A stretch of DNA of 20,000 nt, taken from an uncultured virus (IMG/VR IMGVR_UViG_3300031787_008607) (Duplodnaviria > Heunggongvirae > Uroviricota > Caudoviricetes). The translations under genes were made by a program, and so were the position numbers. The notes under the pieces were generated by a model. That model ran no database searches. It saw nothing but the letters and a program-made list of their open reading frames with translations, and had not been told where the DNA came from. This document shows, piece after piece, positions 17,377 to 20,000 of the stretch (position 1 is the stretch's first letter; each line of letters opens with the position of its first letter). The DNA lies in the IMG/VR virus record IMGVR_UViG_3300031787_008607, positions 112,706 through 132,705 of that record; one strand, 5' to 3'.

Positions 17377-17957
17377 ATCCCTGTACTCCCAAAACCTTTA
17401 CTACCTCTATCTTTTTCTTCTATTTTATCTACTTTTTTCAAATTAACCCATCTACCTGTAATACATCTTGCAACTACCGCTTGAGCGACTTTCATACCTT
17501 TTGTTATCACAAATTCATGGTTGTTTGTATTAAAAATAATGGCTTTAATTTCACCAGTATAACCTTCATCTACAGTTCCTGGGGAGTTTAAAACCATTAA
17601 CCCTTGATTGATGGCTAAACCGCTCTTTGACCTAACTTGTATCTCAAAGTCTTGGGGTAAATCAACTGAAACACCTGTTGGAACTAAAGCCCTACCAAAT
17701 GCAGGTATTTTAACTTCTTCATTTGCGTATAAATCAAATCCACTGTCTGATTCGTACGCGTAATTCAATTCTTTTTCATTCGTTGAAACAAAATTTATTG
17801 TAATTTTTCCATCCCCAATAAATTGATTTGCATCCTCAAATTCCTTAATATCGAACCCTAATTCATCATTTAATTCTTGTTCCTGTAATTGACTAAAGTC
17901 ATCAACCAATTTTTTTAATTCTTCTAATTCTCTTGCAAAATTAAATTTTTCACTCAT
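17373..17957 (-). CDS. dut: Trimeric dUTP diphosphatase with acidic N-terminal extension
   Basis: All five motifs are present: SGFDL, RSKSGL, GTVDEGYTGE, AQ and RGSKGFGSTG. Confidence 0.93.
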   Translation of the reverse strand: MSEKFNFARELEELKKLVDDFSQLQEQELNDELGFDIKEFEDANQFIGDGKITINFVSTNEKELNYAYESDSGFDLYANEEVKIPAFGRALVPTGVSVDLPQDFEIQVRSKSGLAINQGLMVLNSPGTVDEGYTGEIKAIIFNTNNHEFVITKGMKVAQAVVARCITGRWVNLKKVDKIEEKDRGSKGFGSTGI

Positions 17958-18652
17958 AAATTTGTTAATTTTATTAAAACTTTAATTAGTACTTCAACAT
18001 CTTTCTCACAATAATCTTGGATTTCTTGGTATTTGTTTTTATTCCAAAATGCGTTGTGAACTTTATTTCCCGTGACTTCCATATTTTTAGAAGTCTCAAC
18101 ACCAAGAGATACACACATTAGTTCTAATGAACTTATTGCTCCAAATTGTCCATATTGCCAAATTTCTTTTGTATCAATTGCTTTAATCTCCCAAGGTTTA
18201 GTATCGTAAGATGGAAGGATAGATGATGGTAAAATACCATTAACTAACATTCTTTTTGCCAATACAGGAATATCAAAGTTTTTAAGATTATGTCCACAAA
18301 GGATAAAACCTAACTTATCAACTCGATTTAACAATGTGTTTACATCTGTAAGTAATACTTTTTCATCTGAGTTAAAAAAACTTTGTTTTTTAATGTCACC
18401 CTTTGGGTCAAGAAATCCTACTGAAACACAAACAATCTTTGAGAACTCAGGAACTAAAGCCGCACGATTAACAAAAATTTCATCAATACTTTTTTCAGCG
18501 TCTTCAGGAAACCTTTTTTGAAACCAATCTAAATAATTGATAAATTGGAAATGAAGTTCAGGATAATCCTTTTTAAAATTTTCATAGTTACTTGAAACCC
18601 CGACAGTTTCAATGTCAATAAATAAAATTTTGTGTAATGGGTGTTTTATCAT
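17954..18652 (-). CDS. Stand-alone DEDD 3'-5' exonuclease related to the PolB proofreading domain
   Basis: ExoI DIET, ExoII GHNLKNFDIP and ExoIII YCEKDV. Confidence 0.88.
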   Translation of the reverse strand: MIKHPLHKILFIDIETVGVSSNYENFKKDYPELHFQFINYLDWFQKRFPEDAEKSIDEIFVNRAALVPEFSKIVCVSVGFLDPKGDIKKQSFFNSDEKVLLTDVNTLLNRVDKLGFILCGHNLKNFDIPVLAKRMLVNGILPSSILPSYDTKPWEIKAIDTKEIWQYGQFGAISSLELMCVSLGVETSKNMEVTGNKVHNAFWNKNKYQEIQDYCEKDVEVLIKVLIKLTNL

Positions 18653-19863
18653 ACGATTGATTTATAAAATTCTGCTCTTGTTTTTGTTACTACATCTAAA
18701 CTATATCTTTGTGAAACATATTCATATAATCTTTCACCCATGTCAATTCTCATATTTGGGTTTTGAACCAATTTTTTAACATATTTAGCCCAATCACTAT
18801 GATTTCTTGCGTCATCAACTAAAAGAGCGTTACCATCAGTAAATTCACCATTTTTCATTGCGTGTTTTAAATCAATAGTATATGGCCCATAGTTACTGGC
18901 GATTAATGCTTTTTTATAAAAACCTGCTTCAATAACTTTAAGTTGTGATTTTACTTTGTTAAACATATGTTGTTTAATTGGTGCCAAAGATATGTCAAAT
19001 TTTGAATAATTACGAGCATAAGATGTAACAGGTTTTGTCCAAACTCTTCTGTATGGTTGGTTTTGTTCATTTTCGTAAGGTGTTTGAACAAAAAGTTCTA
19101 AATGTTTTTTATATTCAGGTGTAACAATTGAGTAATTGTTTGTAAAAATCTTTTCGTAATCATACCATACAGTTTCGTGTGGTTTAATTGGTCTTCTTGT
19201 TTGTTCTCCAGTTGCCTGATTAATTTCTGTCATCATACCACGTGTGTCAAAACCACAAACAACAAATTGAAGATTTTTTTGTATGTCTGATAGTTTTGAA
19301 ACCATACCGTCAAGAAGTTTTAAATCATGTAAGTGAGATGAACCACCTAACCAACCAATTCTAACTAAATCAGATTCTTCAGTAGGTTCTTTAAATTGAG
19401 CTTCATTTTGGTCAATTGCATTTGGAAAAATTACAACATTTTTATTGTATTTACGTATTTCATCCGCAAATAACTCAGTTGTTGTAGTTACATATTGAGC
19501 AACTTTTAAATTTGCAATAATTTTTTCATGTATTTTTTCTTGTACAATCAACTGATGAAGAGGATGTTCTTTGCCAGGTAACCAGTAATCATCTAAATCA
19601 CAGATAGTAATAATGCCCAAAGAATTAAGAATCGGTACTATTTGTACTGACTTATCCATATCTTGACCAAGAGAACGGTGATAGTGAATTATTTGATAAT
19701 CCTTAAAATAATTTATATTAGTCAAATCAGGGTTGAATTCAATATCAACATGAAAATCTTCACCGTATTTTGATTGTAAATGAGTATGAGGAGTGATTGA
19801 CCTAAATCTTCCAACACCTGTAGTGTCAGAAGGGATAACTAAAACTTTAATTTTTTCTTTCAT
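18649..19863 (-). CDS. GT-B/GT4-like glycosyltransferase
   Basis: GVGRFR, DLDDYW, VTTTT, PNAID, IGWLGGSSHLHDL, DISLAP and FNKVKSQLKVIEAG...ASN..PY. Confidence 0.85.
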   Translation of the reverse strand: MKEKIKVLVIPSDTTGVGRFRSITPHTHLQSKYGEDFHVDIEFNPDLTNINYFKDYQIIHYHRSLGQDMDKSVQIVPILNSLGIITICDLDDYWLPGKEHPLHQLIVQEKIHEKIIANLKVAQYVTTTTELFADEIRKYNKNVVIFPNAIDQNEAQFKEPTEESDLVRIGWLGGSSHLHDLKLLDGMVSKLSDIQKNLQFVVCGFDTRGMMTEINQATGEQTRRPIKPHETVWYDYEKIFTNNYSIVTPEYKKHLELFVQTPYENEQNQPYRRVWTKPVTSYARNYSKFDISLAPIKQHMFNKVKSQLKVIEAGFYKKALIASNYGPYTIDLKHAMKNGEFTDGNALLVDDARNHSDWAKYVKKLVQNPNMRIDMGERLYEYVSQRYSLDVVTKTRAEFYKSIV

Positions 19864-19870
19864 AATCTAA

Positions 19871-19899
19871 AAGATAATAGAAAGACATTTATAATTCAA
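19871..19899 (-). promoter_or_regulatory. Putative sigma70-like promoter TTGAAT-N17-TATCTT for the operon, probably leaderless
   Basis: -35 at 19899-19894, -10 at 19876-19871, exact 17-nt spacer, and 7 nt between the -10 and the ATG at 19863. It lies directly downstream of a terminator. Confidence 0.6.
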
Positions 19900-19906
19900 C
19901 TATAAC

Positions 19907-19932
19907 AAAAAAAAAGTCCTCACAAGGAGGAC
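19907..19932 (-). terminator. Intrinsic (Rho-independent) terminator
   Basis: The minus strand reads GTCCTC-CTTGT-GAGGAC-TTTTTTTTT: a perfect 6-bp stem, 5-nt loop and U9, about 22 nt after the upstream gene's stop. Confidence 0.85.
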
Positions 19933-19954
19933 AAAATTTTTAGTGTATTTAATT

Positions 19955-20000
19955 TTATTGAACTTTTTTAACTTTTGAAATTTTACCTTCAAAAATGTGT
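19955..20000 (-). CDS. C-terminal fragment of an upstream gene (unknown product)
   Basis: The minus frame reads ...HIFEGKISKVKKVQ-TAA (stop at 19957-19955) and is followed by the terminator. Confidence 0.55.
   Translation of the reverse strand, partial: HIFEGKISKVKKVQ

Noticed and set aside
17352..18521. Plus-strand ORFs 17352-17591 and 18336-18521
   Set aside because: Antisense to dut and the exonuclease, with no support.
326..19863. Ordinary bacterial O-antigen or capsule locus
   Set aside because: No membrane assembly or export genes are present, and the cluster is interleaved with dut, exonuclease, phoH and sigma-like genes. Not fully excluded without flanking sequence.
19886..19893. 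TATAAATG, resembling the T4 late promoter TATAAATA
   Set aside because: Imperfect match in very AT-rich DNA, and it lies in the spacer of a better sigma70-like promoter.
1..20000. Eukaryotic giant virus origin
   Set aside because: Overlapping operon-like genes, an intrinsic terminator and sigma70-like promoters indicate prokaryotic expression.
1..20000. CRISPR arrays, tRNAs, IS elements, introns/inteins, long repeats
   Set aside because: None seen. The window is almost fully coding, the largest gaps are 65 and about 90 nt, and no protein has an unexplained large insertion.

Overview
AT-rich window in which every credible gene (25 complete, plus two partial genes at the edges) lies on the minus strand in one tightly packed, largely translationally coupled run. 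It holds a large glycosylation cluster: 11 glycosyltransferase-like genes (12 GT domains), nucleotide-sugar enzymes (Gmd, WecB, RmlD-like, RmlC-like cupin, an SDR epimerase, a WbuC-like cupin, a miniature DegT aminotransferase, a hexapeptide acetyltransferase) and a SAM methyltransferase. The cluster is interleaved with genes typical of large dsDNA phages: dUTPase, a stand-alone PolB-type 3'-5' exonuclease, PhoH, a HAD nucleotidase-like protein and a sigma-factor-like gene at the left edge that the ORF track missed. I see no flippase, polymerase, ABC exporter, initiating phosphoglycosyl transferase or membrane protein. Best interpretation (inference): a large phage, probably of a Bacteroidota-type host (no Shine-Dalgarno motifs), encoding its own lipid-carrier-independent glycosylation system whose target (virion proteins, DNA or host surface) is unknown. 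All family calls come from motifs read by eye, with no database search.
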